A DNA stretch of 57,750 bases, filler included, from Streblomastix strix (GCA_008636045.1; 3 parts of 3 records of this genome joined end to end with filler, not necessarily neighbours in it), one strand, 5' to 3'; positions 15,272-32,708 are shown, counted from the whole stretch's first letter. Notes: generated by a model not told the origin, from the letters alone. Program-made: numbers and translations.

Positions 15272-15606
15272 ATCTAAAAAATTTACAAGAAAAACGAATA
15301 TTTAAATTACAAATAAAATCAATTTGACTTTTAAGAGCAGGTATATAGTGCAAAAAAACGCATTTTTATATTTTATTTTCCATATCGCTCATTTCCACTT
15401 TGAATAAGTATATTTTTAATTGGATATATTATTTAATTGTTTACTATATGCATACAATATACTCTTATGGCTGATTTGAAAAGTACAATAGACAAAACTT
15501 TGATCTGTTAAATAAACGCGAAAAATCTATAATTTTGACTTTATATTTATTAATTTACTCATAAATAAAATTATAAAATTATTATTTATATATTTATAAC
15601 TCATAG

Positions 15607-16206
15607 ATGGGGAAAAGGGCAAATAAGCATGCTTTTGATTATTAACTTTTAAATCGGCTCTTATTTGCAAACAACGCTTGCATTACAATCAATTTTTATA
15701 ATTTTTTCATAGAAAATAGCCAGCCAAGCGATAGCTAAACACACAAACACTGAAAGTCGGTGCATTTGCTGGTGGATTATGTGATTCATTAGGAAGACCA
15801 CTTATAAAGCTTCTTCGCGATGTTTCAAGAAAAATGAATACACCACTGTATGTCATTTTCTTCCCTATTTCAAAAAAATATTGTATATTTATTCATATAT
15901 TCTGTTATACAACCCAAACACAATAGAGGATCTGAAATTAAAGATCATTTTTGTAAGAGATGCAACACAGTATTCGTAGATGGAAGAAATTGTTTCAAAT
16001 AGACCTAAGATAATATATTAACTGTTCGATGTTTAACGTGCGGGTATATGAAGAAGCGTTATCTTGGATAAAAGAAGCCAAAGATATTAAAACCAAAAAC
16101 AAAATAAATGAATAAATGGGAAAAGAAAGATTAAAACAATTAGAAGAAAGTGGAAGAAACTAACAAAAATCAAAAATTAAACATTTAAGAAAAAATGAAA
16201 CCATGA
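15607..16206 (+). CDS. RPP21: RNase P/MRP subunit Rpp21/Rpr2 family zinc-ribbon protein, 3 exons
   Basis: Spliced protein reads NRLLFL...LRDVSRKMNTPLGSEIKDHFCKRCNTVFVDG...LTVRCLTCGYMKKR, with two CxxC pairs in the Rpr2/Rpp21 arrangement. Proposed introns are 15667-15734 (GC-AG) and ~15848-15926 (GT-AG). Stop is TGA at 16204-16206. Divergent from the kinase across a 335-bp intergenic region. Confidence 0.75.
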
Positions 16207-16247
16207 TTTTATTATTATTACTCTAATAAATTTTTAAATTTTTTTAC

Positions 16248-19186
16248 TCATTTCTTGTTCATTCAAACATTATTTCCTGCTCTATCAAATGTTATTTCCT
16301 TCTGTATCTGATTATTTTAAGTCGATGATTCAGGTTATTAGTCTTTCTCCATCATTAAAGAAGGAGCACCAAATTTCTTCTGCAGATTCTGCTTATACTG
16401 TTATTGCTACTCAAGTGCTTCTTGTATTTCTCTCTCAAGAGTTGCATCCAAAGCCAAAGAAAACTCATCCTGACCTTAACTTGGATTCAAAGCCTCTGCA
16501 CCATTCCCTCCAAGAATGAATTCTGGCTGAAGATCCATTTATAATCCAAACTCTTATATTTGTCTTTTATTAAATAATGGATCATTTTCGTTAATAATCC
16601 CAGCTTCATCATTTTCATCTTTCAAAATAAAGTCCTCCTTTGAATTCTAAACTTCATTTTCTCCACTCTTCCCTTATTCAATTTATTTGCCATCTTTTCC
16701 AAGAGGATCTAAACCTCTCCACTACTCAAGAATGATTCTCTCTTCTTCACTTTCATTAAGTAACGTTGATTTTAACCTTTTCCTTCCTTTTTTCTTCTGT
16801 AACTTTGTATTCATTGGTGTTTCTAACATATTGAAGTTTAAATGCTTGAAAAGGTCATCAATATTCAAGTTTCCAACTAAACTGATCTATTTCGTCTGAC
16901 CAATACTCACAACTGCATCTTCTTCTTTTGGTTGAATGTGAATATCTTATTGAATTTGAATAGTTGGTTAATCTTATTAACTTTCAATTGTGTCTTTTGT
17001 TTCTATAATTTCTTCATCTCCCAATTTCTCTTCCTCTTCTTTTTTGATATTTTTTTCTTTTACTTTTTATTTTGCTTCTTATTTGAGTCTTCTTCTCTCC
17101 TTCTTTCCTTCATCCATTAATTCTTTCTTCTTCAAAGTAAGAATGTATTTCAATTCATCTATTTTCTTAATTTATTCCTGCCTCTGTGAATCTGTATCTG
17201 ATATTTGCTTCTGATAATACACTCTCATATACACACGCATCCATTCATTCATTATTTATCTGAATTTCTCTTAATATAATTCTTCAATTCTTTTTTCATT
17301 TTCTTTTGCATTAAAATATGCTTCTAAATTTTCTTATTCTTCTTTATTTATTTCTTCTTTTTATTAGCCATCTTCACCGAATTCTGTTTCCTGATTCTCT
17401 TTTTTAATTTCTAAATCTTTTTCTATCTTACTTTCAACTTCATTCTCATTCTTGTCCTACAATTCTATATCTTAATCTTTTTCCATTCCAATCTCTTTCT
17501 TATTTATTTAATCTTCATCTTTCTGCATCAATTATTTCTCTCTTTACTCTTTCAATATTTAATCTCTCACTTATTTTTCAGCCAATTATCTGGCTCTAAT
17601 AATAATACCTTTCTAATTCATAACTGGAATAATCTTCTGTTTCTTAATACCTAAACTTGGCCTTCCTCTTTTCTTCTTAATTTATGAAGATGATTTCTTA
17701 TTGTTCTTTTCTCTTTTATAATCAGATTCATCTATAGATTGAGTATCACTACTAACTGAAGTACTTAATGATTGAGCATTTGATTAGCTCTAACTCTGGG
17801 ATTATACATCCTCTCCTTAACTTGGTAACTCATATGTTCCATCTTAATCTGAATCATCCACATTTGTTCCTCTTCTTTTCTTTCCTTTCTTTTTTCCATT
17901 CAAATTTATCTCATCAGAATCAGAATCAGCAAATAAAGCCCATTCGAGTTCGAGGTCTTCATCATTAATCTCTGCTTATCCTCCTTCACGAATCTTCTTC
18001 ATTGTCATCATCCTCTTCCATTATTCACTCATCTTCTAATCAGCTTGCTTATTCAATGCGGAGTTGGATCTTTTCTTCTTCCATATGTTGATGTCACTTT
18101 TATTATTCTCTGTTTAGGATTATTTATTACTTCCACTTCCTTCTTCATCTTTCTATTTAATTGATCCACTATTTTGATTCAATCTTTTCTATTTCTTTTC
18201 TTTCTTTTCTATTTCTCTCAATTCTCTTCTTATTTATTATTCTTCTCTTCTTCTTTATCTGTCTTCTCTTCTTAATCTTTTTGATTCTTCTTCTTTTTTC
18301 TCTTTTTTAGATTTAATGATTGGTTTAGACTCAACATCTTCTTATAACTATAAAGCAGTCTCAATGTCCAGATCATTCTGTGATTCAACTTCCTGTTCTT
18401 CATCTTTGATCTCCATATCTTCAGATTGAATCTTCCTTTTATTAGGATGATCAGTGTTTTGTGAGTAACGGAAATGTCTGATCAAAGATTATTTAACTGT
18501 TGGTCATCCTCTTTTCTTCAGTGATTTGGTGCTCAATTCTTTTATGGATTTTGATTTCTTTCTTTATTATTTTGTAGTGTTTTATTCATCTTGATTATCA
18601 ATTGTTTACTAATCAATATCATTTTCATTGTTATTTTCATTTTAATCCAATTATTATTATTATTATTATTCATCTCCTTATTCTTTTTCTTATTATTCCA
18701 TCTTATCCTCAATTTAATCAGGATTTAATGTTTTCTTCTTCTTTTTCATCTTAATTTGCTCTTTTGGAGTCTTAGATCTTTTCGTAGACTTTCGTTCTTG
18801 TGGGGTTTTCTTAACTTTTGGAGTTTTCCTAACTTTCGGAGTTTTGAATTCATCATTTTATGTTTAATTCTTTTCATTTTAATTCTAAATATTCTACAAT
18901 TTAATTTCATCAAAGTTTTCATTTCCAATTCCAAACTAATTTTCATATATGCTGTCATCTGGATCAACTTCTTCTCTTGGTTCCCAAATAAGTTGTGTTC
19001 TATCAAATAAAAATGATGTATTCTTTTGTCCAAATAAAGAAAATGGTGATGAAGATGATGATGATGAAGATGAAGAAGATTGTTACAAACTATTTTTATT
19101 ATCTACTTTAATCTTCATTTCCCTTAATTTATCCAATTTCTATTATTATTCATTAAGTTCTTTATTTATCTTTTATTAATTAATTC
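16248..19186 (-). CDS. K/E/Q-rich low-complexity protein with AT-hook motifs, 5' end lost in gap
   Basis: One long frame with TAR=Gln. It contains KKKRGRPSLG (~17650-17680), KKRG*PTVK (in-frame TGA 18504-18506) and repeated KTPK motifs (~18760-18845). It ends at TGA 16263-16265 or at the in-frame TGA 16248-16250. Confidence 0.65.
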
Positions 19187-19286
19187 NNNNNNNNNNNNNN
19201 NNNNNNNNNNNNNNNNNNNNNNNNNNNNNNTTAATTAATTAANNNNNNNNNNNNNNNNNNNNNNNNNNNNNNNNNNNNNNNNNNNN
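19187..19286. other. Assembly gap with artificial spacer
   Basis: N44-TTAATTAATTAA-N44, exactly 100 nt, identical to the second gap. Confidence 0.97.
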
Positions 19287-22015
19287 GATAGTTATGATGG
19301 GGATCAATGGCTTTCATAACCAGTATAAGATATCTAGTCCTGATGAAATATTCATACACTCACTTTTAATTAATTTTAATTTAATCAAACATTCGTCTCA
19401 TTTACTTTGTTTGTTTATTAATTTTACTCCCAACAGCCTCTAGGGATAGATCATTTATATTTTATCTTAGATTTTACCAATTTATTATCCTTTGTTACTA
19501 TATTTGTATTGTATATTTATGTACACATAGCGAATAAAAGAGTGTAGTTCTCATTCGTCTCTATCGCTTCGGCTTCGCCGAGGCTCCTTAATTTTTTCAA
19601 AAAAAATTTAAATATTTTTCATTTATTTAATTTGATTTCTTTAATTTATTATAGTTTAAAAAAAATTAATTAATGTATATTGATTTTCATGCCCGAAAAT
19701 GCACTTCATGCTGGAACTCAAAGCCTAAGATATAAGCAAGAATCGTTTCAACAATGATTCCAACATTCAATTAATTTTAGAATATGTCCATAATATTTTT
19801 TTATATATTGCGATATAATCAATAGAAATGCAGATAATCCAGAGGGACGTATATAATCGGTTATCAGCTCAGAAATAAATGATTGAATAGAAGTTTGTAC
19901 AAAAAATTTTGATACGACTTGATAAATAAATTGAAAAGAAATGGATTAGAAGTAGCAAAACAGCTTCATAACACTTGCGAATTTAAGCAACCTGGGATGT
20001 TATCAAAAGAAAACTTCTGTTTAAATTACGGAATATGTACAATTTATGAAGTTTATCTATTATACAGCTTATACTCCATTATTATTTTCTGTTACGATAG
20101 CAGATAAATTATGGAACTTTATATACGCAGCAATGAAGCTTAAATGAATAAAAAATATATACACCTTTGGAGATTTGATTTCAAAAATCAAAAAGACTGT
20201 TAATTAACAACAAATTAATAAATATTACAAATCATACAATAATTCAGCAAATATATGCAATTTGTGTATAATGGACAATAATTTGTATTGATTCAGTAAA
20301 AATTCTTGGATAAGTTGTAGCAAATGTAGTAATACATTTCCTTTCCCTTAATATCAAATCACTTCCCCTGATATCACATATTGATGACAAATCCTGTACC
20401 ATCTTCATCGAATTTGGGATTAAATTATTTCATATACATAATAGCAGAGGTATTTGAATCTTTTCAATAACCACAGGCACTTTGAGATAATGTGTAAAAT
20501 CACAAATTTGATTATGTCTAAACCATTTTAATAAAAATCTGTAAAATTATTATAATGTAGAATTGACAATTAAATATTATGATAAATATAAAATTTTTAA
20601 GGAGCAAAATTATAATATTTTATAATTAATAAATATATTTATTATAAATTTTAGTTGTTCATGAAAGATATTTAATTTTTTTGATTAATTTAAAACAATA
20701 TTTTACAAAGTATTAATTAAATTTTAATTTAAAAAATATAATTTTTTAATTAATAAAATTGTAAATTTTAAATAAACGAATTTAAGTTTCACTTTTTATA
20801 ATTGAACATAAATAAAAATATAATATATGTTACATTAACTTAAAATAGCAACGATTTTATTAATTATAACTATTTCGGAATAATTGTATCGATTTAAAAG
20901 TTTTACAAATATTAAATTACAAATTAAATTTGATAAAAATATTATTTATCGAAATAATTATCTTATTAAGAATTTTTTAGAAATATCATCATTATAAGTG
21001 TTTATAATAAATTATAAACATTTATAAATATATTTTTCAATTTAAATGTTTAAAATTAGGAAAGTTAAAAACTAAACTAGAGAACAATTTGAAAAACAAT
21101 AAATAAATTTATTTTGACACGAATATATTCTTAATTCAGCAATATTTATGCATAATGAATATTTAGCCCAATTACTCTATTTCATAATCGCCCTTCAATC
21201 GTTTTGCAATTTTTTAAAATAGAATTTTCTTCTTGAAAGTGTTTAAACACATCCAATATTTAATAAATTTTTATATATTATTTTTATTGAGAAATATGAT
21301 AAGTAGATGCGTTAGGAATACCAAATGTTGTATTCGAAATGAATTCTGATGAAATTTCAAGAATAGCTTATGATTTTCATGATATATTTACTATAGATTT
21401 TACAATATTTTTGCCATTACTTGCATTTCCGCATATTCATTTTCAAATATCAATATTTTTCATATAGATTAAAAAGAATGAAGCTTCAAAAATAATCAGT
21501 AAAGATATATAGAATAATAATAGAGAAACTTCAGAATTGTTGAGATAAGGCAAATATATTATTAATAAATTATTTTCAAAAATAAATAAAAATAAAAATA
21601 AGTTTACATTTATGTAATAATTTTAATATTTTTGAAAAGTAATTTTTAAAAATACATTTAATAAAATATTATTATAAAAGAATTAAAAATAAATTTTATT
21701 GTTTTTATTGCAAAATATCCATTTAAATCAAAATTATTTAGTAAAATTGTAAAAATATTGATTTAATAAAAAATTCAATATTTTATATTTATAAGTAATT
21801 TTTATTCAGAATCATCTTTTGTATTAGATTACTTCATTAGAATTGAAAAATATAGAAAGATTTCGATAATTCTCAAAAAATTTTTTTAAATATTGATTTA
21901 AGTTTTTCGTTCAGAGTTTCTATTGCTTTAAGATACTAATCGGACGTAGACAAATATGGTGAATAAGCAGGGTATTCAGTACGATCGAATTAACTTTCAT
22001 CAATAAATTATTGTG

Positions 22016-22275
22016 AAAAATTCGATAGAAGGATTTGTAATTGTAGTAAAAAATATGCAAAAAATATAAATTTATAAATAATTCTTAGCCTTGTTTTATA
22101 GTTTAATTAATAAATATCATAATTGTATCAAAATGTTTAAATAATTTTGAAAATTTTTCATAGAGCTGTTTTATTAAAAAAATATAAAAAAAACTTAATA
22201 ACAAAGAATTATTTATAAATTTATATTTTTTGCATATTTTTTGCTACAATTACAAATTCTTCAATAGAATTTTTT
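22016..22275. repeat. MITE-like long inverted repeat
   Basis: 22016-22086 (aaaaattcgatagaaggatttgtaattgtagtaaaaaatatgc...ataattctt) is the near-perfect reverse complement of 22204-22275. The spacer is ~117 nt and non-coding. Confidence 0.75.
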
Positions 22276-24844
22276 TATAATGATTATTAAATTTAATAAC
22301 AACTTTTCGCTTATTAATTCTGGATTTTTTAGAATTAATAAATACTTAGTAAAATCATTCCTTGAAATTCTTATCTGTCAATTGGTTTTTTTATCTTGGA
22401 GAAAATTATCCTTTTTTGAAAATATGACAAAAAAAGTTTTTAAAAATAACTACTATCGTAATTGAAATCAAATCTGAAGAATATTATAGAAACTTTATAG
22501 ATATTTTTGATGATAAATACTTGTAATCTTGTAATAATTCACTAAAATTGTAAACATATTTATTAATACTTATAAAAATTAAAACGATACGTTTTATTAA
22601 TCCAAATGACTTCTTGGATGTATTTTATAAAGATTAATTTTCTTGTATTGAGTGAAGGATGCTTTGCAAAAAATTAAAAAAATGTATAAATTCTATATAG
22701 AATAGAATTAATCAATTAATAAATAGTATCTATTTGTACACATTGATAGAGGAAAAAATGCTGCACAATCAATGATATTTATCAAAATTCACTAAACACA
22801 TATAATTAAGAAACCAATTTTGTACGCAATTAAGAAAATTTAAGGAAATATTGAAAGCTTCAAAGAATTAACTTGTGAGTTATAGAATTAATTTGAAAAG
22901 TAAAAAGTGTATCAATCACGGTTTATGCATATAATTGACTTATCATAAGTAATTAGATACAATCTGAAAAATTAATTGAACTTTAGTTCAAACTCCAATA
23001 ATAGTTTCGTACTTCTGTTGCCCCAATGATATTCATGTGTTATTATTATTTTGGTTAATAAACATTTATTTAATTCGTGTTTTTTTATAATAATTAATTA
23101 GATAAATTTAAAGATTTAATAAATCTACTAGGAAAATATTAAACTAAAAATCTGTTAAGTATGAGACATCCAACAGTAACAGAATCACTACAGTGAATAT
23201 ATTGTTATAAAATAACTTATAATGAAAAATTGTTCAAAGTTCATTGAAATGAATTTACAGATTTAAATTAGATTTTAGCTACAGAATTCACGAAAGTGAT
23301 AAGCTAGAACAAAAAATGGTGAATAGTTCGTTTTGATATGTACAAGTTGGAGAGAATAGAAGTATTAATTATTTTTAATTTATTTTCCTTTAAGTGGTTT
23401 TTTTGTTTCAAACGCAATTAGAATTATGTAATAAATGACTATAAATTATATTTAAACTAATTTCTTTATTTAAACCTTAAAATGAAAAAAAAAAAAATTT
23501 TGAAAAATTTTACACAATATTATTTGTAATATTTTATGATAATATTCTACATAATAATAGTCAATAACTGTTTTTAGAAATATTTTAAAAGTCATAAATC
23601 ATCAAAATCAAAAATTTAAATTTTTTATTTTTTTTATTATATTTTTTCAAATTTTGCTATAAAAGTTCCATGCCAATCAAGCGCAGTTGGTACGGAAAAA
23701 GGTGTGCAGTAACGGCGGAAACATTCAACTTAAAGAAGAATCTAATCAATTATTATTTAAATTTCGTTTTTATTCTGTTTAACAAGATTAACTTTGGTCA
23801 ATATTTTTGTTCTTTGATTACAATCATAATTTTGCCTCTGATAAACTCAAAATAATTCGCTGATACGAGTGGAATTTCGCAGATCTACAATTTGCTCAAT
23901 AACTTCCCAGATACTTCGTTTTTTTTTATATTTAACAATCAATATTTTTATTATTTGCATAATTACATAATATACAAATTAAACTTATAACAATTTTAAA
24001 GCAAATACACTTGATCAAACATTCAAAAATTTTGAATAATTTGACTTGCAAATTTTGATAGTGCCAAAGCACAATTGCAGTTCAAACTATGAACGAATGC
24101 GAATTGTATAAGTAGACATTATTTTACATTAATACTTATCAGATTAATTATTTTTTTATCTTTCAGAATCCAGTCTCAAGTTTGTTTTGACCGTACATGC
24201 AACATTTTAGCTAAGCAATGTTTGTTTCCATCCACTTTTAAAAGATTATATTCATATAAAACACTTTTTATCTGGAGATATGTTCAAAATTAGAACAATA
24301 TAGATTGGAGTTGGTAGAAATTTTAATAAATAGTGCTATTCCAGCGATCTACCCAATTAATTTCACCCAAAATCATAATTTATGTAGATTTATTATTTTA
24401 CTTAAGTATTTATCTTTTTATTTTGTGTTTAGCTACCGATTTTTAAATAAACTTTTTTTTTTTAAATTTATTTTCGTTTAAAATCGTCGCTAACGACAGA
24501 TTCAATAATACAATTTAAGTTTAAATACATTTTCCTGCAAATTAGTTCAATTTATCGTTTCAATTTTTCATTGGTACTAAAATATTTTCTGAAATTAGCG
24601 CGTATTTGGTTTTTTGGAGTGGACTAGTAAAAAAGCTTACGAAATACTAAAAACAAAAACCGACTGTAATGAAAAATTTGATAAACTTAAAAATGTATTT
24701 GATACATTTGTAAATTAAATAAACAAAATAAAATAAAAATCAAAGAAAAAATTAAAATTATTTCTATTTTTAAAAATTTAACGCTAGAATGGGGCTCTTA
24801 AGTAAAAATTCGCTAAGTCATAACTTCTTGATATTTATCTTTTG

Positions 24845-27800
24845 ATGAATCGCGTTAAAGTAACTTTAGTAGGTGGGAAGGGTACAAAAGGATAAAATCA
24901 ATAATAGACCGCCACACTGGATCCATTCATAGTGCTGACACTCAACACACAAAAATACACTTCGTCGGTCAGGCGCGGCTTGGATCGTATATATAATATT
25001 TTTTTTATTATTATTATATATTAATTTTTTATTTTCAAACAGCAATGTGGAATGAAGGGTTCGTCTTCATGCTTGGGCCGTTCCCTCCAGTTCTTGAGGT
25101 CAAAGTTCGCCACCAAGATCGAATGAAAATGACACCTCCAGAGGATATTGGAGCTAATACAGTGGATCTTACTGAGGCAATGCAAAAATTACCTTAAAAC
25201 GTTGGGGCATGCCTATAAATTAATTTTAATTTTATTTTTTTATTCTGTACTTTATTTTTGCTCCTGCTCTACATATTGAATTTTTATTCAGGTAACAACT
25301 TCTTGGGGTCATATTCTCCTCCGTATTGAGGATCCTGATAAGGAGCCGCTACTCACATACACGCCAGCTCACATCGAAATGTCTCCATTCGCGAATGCCC
25401 AGGCCGCCATTGCATAAACAATCCCTCCAACAAATAAAACTGATAAAATTATCGTGCACACTACTTCAAAGCAGATAATACTAATGGGCGCTCCAGCATC
25501 TGGGAAGGGAACGCTCTGCGACAAATTAGTTGCAAAATACGGTTTGCTTCTTTGGACAATTTATTTTAATAATAAATCTATGTTTTTTATGTGAAATTTA
25601 CTTTAATTTTATAATATTTATGTTTCATTCTTTGTTATATCACATTTCAGGCATTGTTCACATTGGAACTGGCGATATCCTGAGAGCTGCAGTGAAAAAT
25701 AAAACTGAGCTTGGCCTCAAGGTGGCAGATTTCATGGAGAGAGGATAGCTTGGTTTGATCGTCATACAATAATATTATTCATTTTACATAACTTTGAAGC
25801 ATTTATACAATATATTTTTTTTCCTCATTATTTATTCAATATAATTATTCAATATATTTATTTTCCAAATATTTATTTATTTATTTAGTTCCCGACTCGC
25901 TCGTAATCCAAATTGTGAAAGAGAAACTCGAGACCCAGGAAGTAATGAAGCATGGATGGCTCCTTGATGGATTCCCGAGAACCCACGTTTAAGCACAAGC
26001 AATGAAAGCACAGAATATTAATCCTACTCATGTGATACAGATTGATATTCCTGATCATGAGTTGATGGATCGTGCTTTGGGAAGAAGGTATAACATGTAT
26101 TTTATATATTGAATGGGTTGGTTTATTCATTGTTTTATTCAATTATTTATTATAAATAATAATAATCTATTAATAATTTATTTCATATTTAATTTAATAT
26201 ATTATTCATATTCATTTTCCAAATATACAGAATCGATCCAGTAACCAATAAAGTGTATCACATAACAGCAAAACCTCCTCCAACTGAAGAGATCAGACAG
26301 AGAATGATACACAGGGATGATGATAAGTAGGATAAGGTTTATATTAATAAAATATGAACTTGATTATATTATTATATTGTATTATATTATTATTATATTG
26401 TATTAAATAATTATTAGATTAAATTATTTAATAATATAGTTATATTAATTATTGATGAGGTTTATTATAATTATTTTAATTGTTATTATAATTTATTTAG
26501 GTTCTTTATCGTCTAAGATAGCATTATGAGAATCTAATTCCATTACAAGAAGCATATAAGGTATAAATAGTCATTATATTAAGTTATCATATTAAATATA
26601 TTTTTATTATATTATTATATTAATATAATCTTCATATTCATATTCATATATATTATTATATATAATCTTCATATTCATATTCATACATATTATTATTATC
26701 TAATATTCATATATATTATATTAATCTAATCTTCATATTCATATTCATATATATTATTGTATACAATCTTATTCAATAGGATGATATTATTCGTGTAACT
26801 GGGAAGAACTCTGATGAAATCTGGGAAATTGTGCAGAAGATTCTGGCAGGAGATGAAGAACTGATTAAGAAGTTGTAGGTGTGGAATATATATAAATAAT
26901 GAATATTTTATATACGAATCAATTTATATATAATAGTAAATCAATTTAACTATTTTTTATATTAATTATATTCAATATATCATATTATTTATATTCAATT
27001 TATATATATTCAATATTTATCATCATCAATCAACCAGTCCAAAGACATAACCACCTACATCCTATCATTGGGTGGTTCCTTAGTTGCAACTCCAGGTCCA
27101 AATATTAGTTTCATTAAAGATATCGCTAAGATGGTTCTTAGATTGATGAAGAAGAACATACATGTGCATGTAGTTGTTGGAGGTGGGAGGATTGCTAGAG
27201 ATTATATACAGGCAAAGAAGGATTGCGCAGCTGGAATGAACCCGGATTTGACCGATTTTGAGGTACGAATTAGTAAGAAAAGATAATAGATTGAATTTAT
27301 TATTATATATTTATATATATTTATTATTGTATATTTATATATATTTATTATTATATATTATTATATATTTATTATTATCTATCATACCACATATACCAGA
27401 ATGACCAATGCGGCATCCTAGCCACCAGATTAAACGCGCACCTACTATTAGCAGCAGTAGGTGAATATGCCAAGAAAGAAATCCCACTGGATACAACAGC
27501 AGATTCAGTAGTACCAGGAAAGATCACAATTATGGGTGGAACATTTCCTGGATAAACAACAGATGCAGTTTCAGTGAAACTTGCCAGAGCAATAAATTGC
27601 AAGTATGTGATCAACGCTACTAATGTTCCCGGGGTCTATGAAAAAGATCCAAAAGCTAACCCCGAAATACCGTTGTTGAAAAGAATGACATCTAAACATC
27701 TAGTTGAGATTGTTGGCAATGAGCACAAACCTGGCAATTCAGTAATTGTTGATCCAATCGCAGCTGGCATTCTTTTGGAGGAGAAGATAACGTGCTATGT

Positions 27801-27888
27801 TGTAGATGGATCTGATATTGATAATCTGGAGAGGTGCATTTTGGGGCAGGATTTCACTGGAACTACAATTGAGTATGAGGATGAATGA
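24845..27888 (+). CDS. C2 domain + adenylate kinase + archaeal-type UMP kinase (PyrH) fusion, 10 exons, 611 aa
   Basis: Exons 24845-24986, 25043-25206, 25292-25541, 25651-25752, 25889-26087, 26231-26336, 26501-26560, 26780-26878, 27038-27262 and 27400-27888 sum to 1836 nt in one frame. C2 motifs: LDPFIVLTL...PMWNEGFVF...QDR...DIG. AK motifs: [43 protein letters not shown] motifs: LSLGGSL, VVVGGGRIARDYI, DQCGILATRLNA, GGTFPGQTTDAV, NATNVPGVYEKDP, VDPIAA, GTTI. Confidence 0.9.
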
Positions 27889-28765
27889 AGATAAAGATGA
27901 ATATATGAGTAAGAATTATATAGGATTAATAATTATATATGAATAATAGAAATGCAATATTATATTATATGATATTAAATTAAACATTCATAAACACATA
28001 TACAATCACTTCTCTTCATATTATCAATGCATATCTTCTCAAAAAATACACAATTCACATTCAATAATTACTTTTATTTCTAAAGAGTGATTTTTGTTTA
28101 ATTTTTACTTTATTTTTATTTATTTGTTGTTATTTCAGATCTTTAGAGATTATCATTTGTTTTATTTTTGTATTATTTGACTGTTTTTTATTTATTTTAT
28201 TTGATTTGCCCTCATTAAGAGTGTATGCTGGTGTTCTATACCAGCGCTTATCATATATTTTTTATTTTTCAACCATTTGCTTAATAACTTAAATACAAAT
28301 AGTACTAAAAAGTATAAAATTGGGTTAAATTTTCTTATTTCTTAATGATATCATCATATTACAATTTAAAAATAACAAACAATTGGGAAAAATTCAAAAG
28401 AAAATTTTATTAGAATTTTTAATTTATTTTTTTATTGTATTCTTTTTTCTCACCATACATGATAAAGCCATGTATAGTGAAATATTTCTATATATGTGAT
28501 TGTGTAATGCAATGGGAAAAATAACTTGAAATTAATATGATACCAAATAAATCATTCAGAAATAAAAAGTAAGGTATAAAACTAACAGTTTGGAAATAAA
28601 TAGATGATTATATATCTCGTTGATGATGATAATTAATTCTTAGCATTAATTTGTTAAGTATTTCACTCCATCATCTTCATTATAATCATTTCTAATCTAT
28701 TTAATTCACATCTTTTATTTAATAATCTTTATTATTCTTTTAATTCATATTAATTTTCATAGTAT

Positions 28766-32197
<3,432 letters not shown>

Positions 32198-32708
32198 AAT
32201 CAAAGGCGAGTCACCTTTCTGCAAAATAAAAATTATAATAATAAGTATGAAAAAAAATAACGATGAAAATGAATAAATAAAGCGATGAAGATGTTCATGA
32301 ATATATGGAGTTGTAATCTTCAGAATGTGTTCAAACGAATAAAATTATTAAATTAATCATTCCAAAAATGTTGCCAAATTAGCCATTGCGTGCAGAACGT
32401 TTCAAACAGTTAATTTAAATGTTACTATGCATTAATTCGAGCGAATGGGTGGTGTTAGTAGAGTTAATAATAACAATATTCCTAATAACTATTTGTAACT
32501 AATATTTAGTACATGTGAAAAGCAAAATTAAACTTCTCTATTATCGGAAATATTGTTTTTAATTTTAATTGAGTAAAAATATTTGAAAATGATGGCTATA
32601 CTATGGGAGGTTAGAAAATTTTGAAAACTATTTATGAATTAAAGAAATATTTGAGTGTGATTAAGATGGTTGCCAAACAGACGACCTGCAAAATGGCCCA
32701 ACTTCTAA

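Noticed and set aside
2856..18010. Many short + strand ORFs in the supplied track
   Set aside because: Antisense shadows of long minus-strand genes; the track used the standard code.
19231..19242. TTAATTAATTAA palindrome inside both N runs (also 38516-38527)
   Set aside because: Artificial six-frame-stop linker. Adjacency across the gaps is not biological evidence.
19689..24400. Several ORF-like remnants; 22700-23050 is faintly hAT-transposase-like
   Set aside because: Too degenerate to assign by eye.
26620..26760. Three copies of atcttcatattcatattcata in an intron, superficially array-like
   Set aside because: Low-complexity intronic tandem duplication with no unique spacers; not a CRISPR array.
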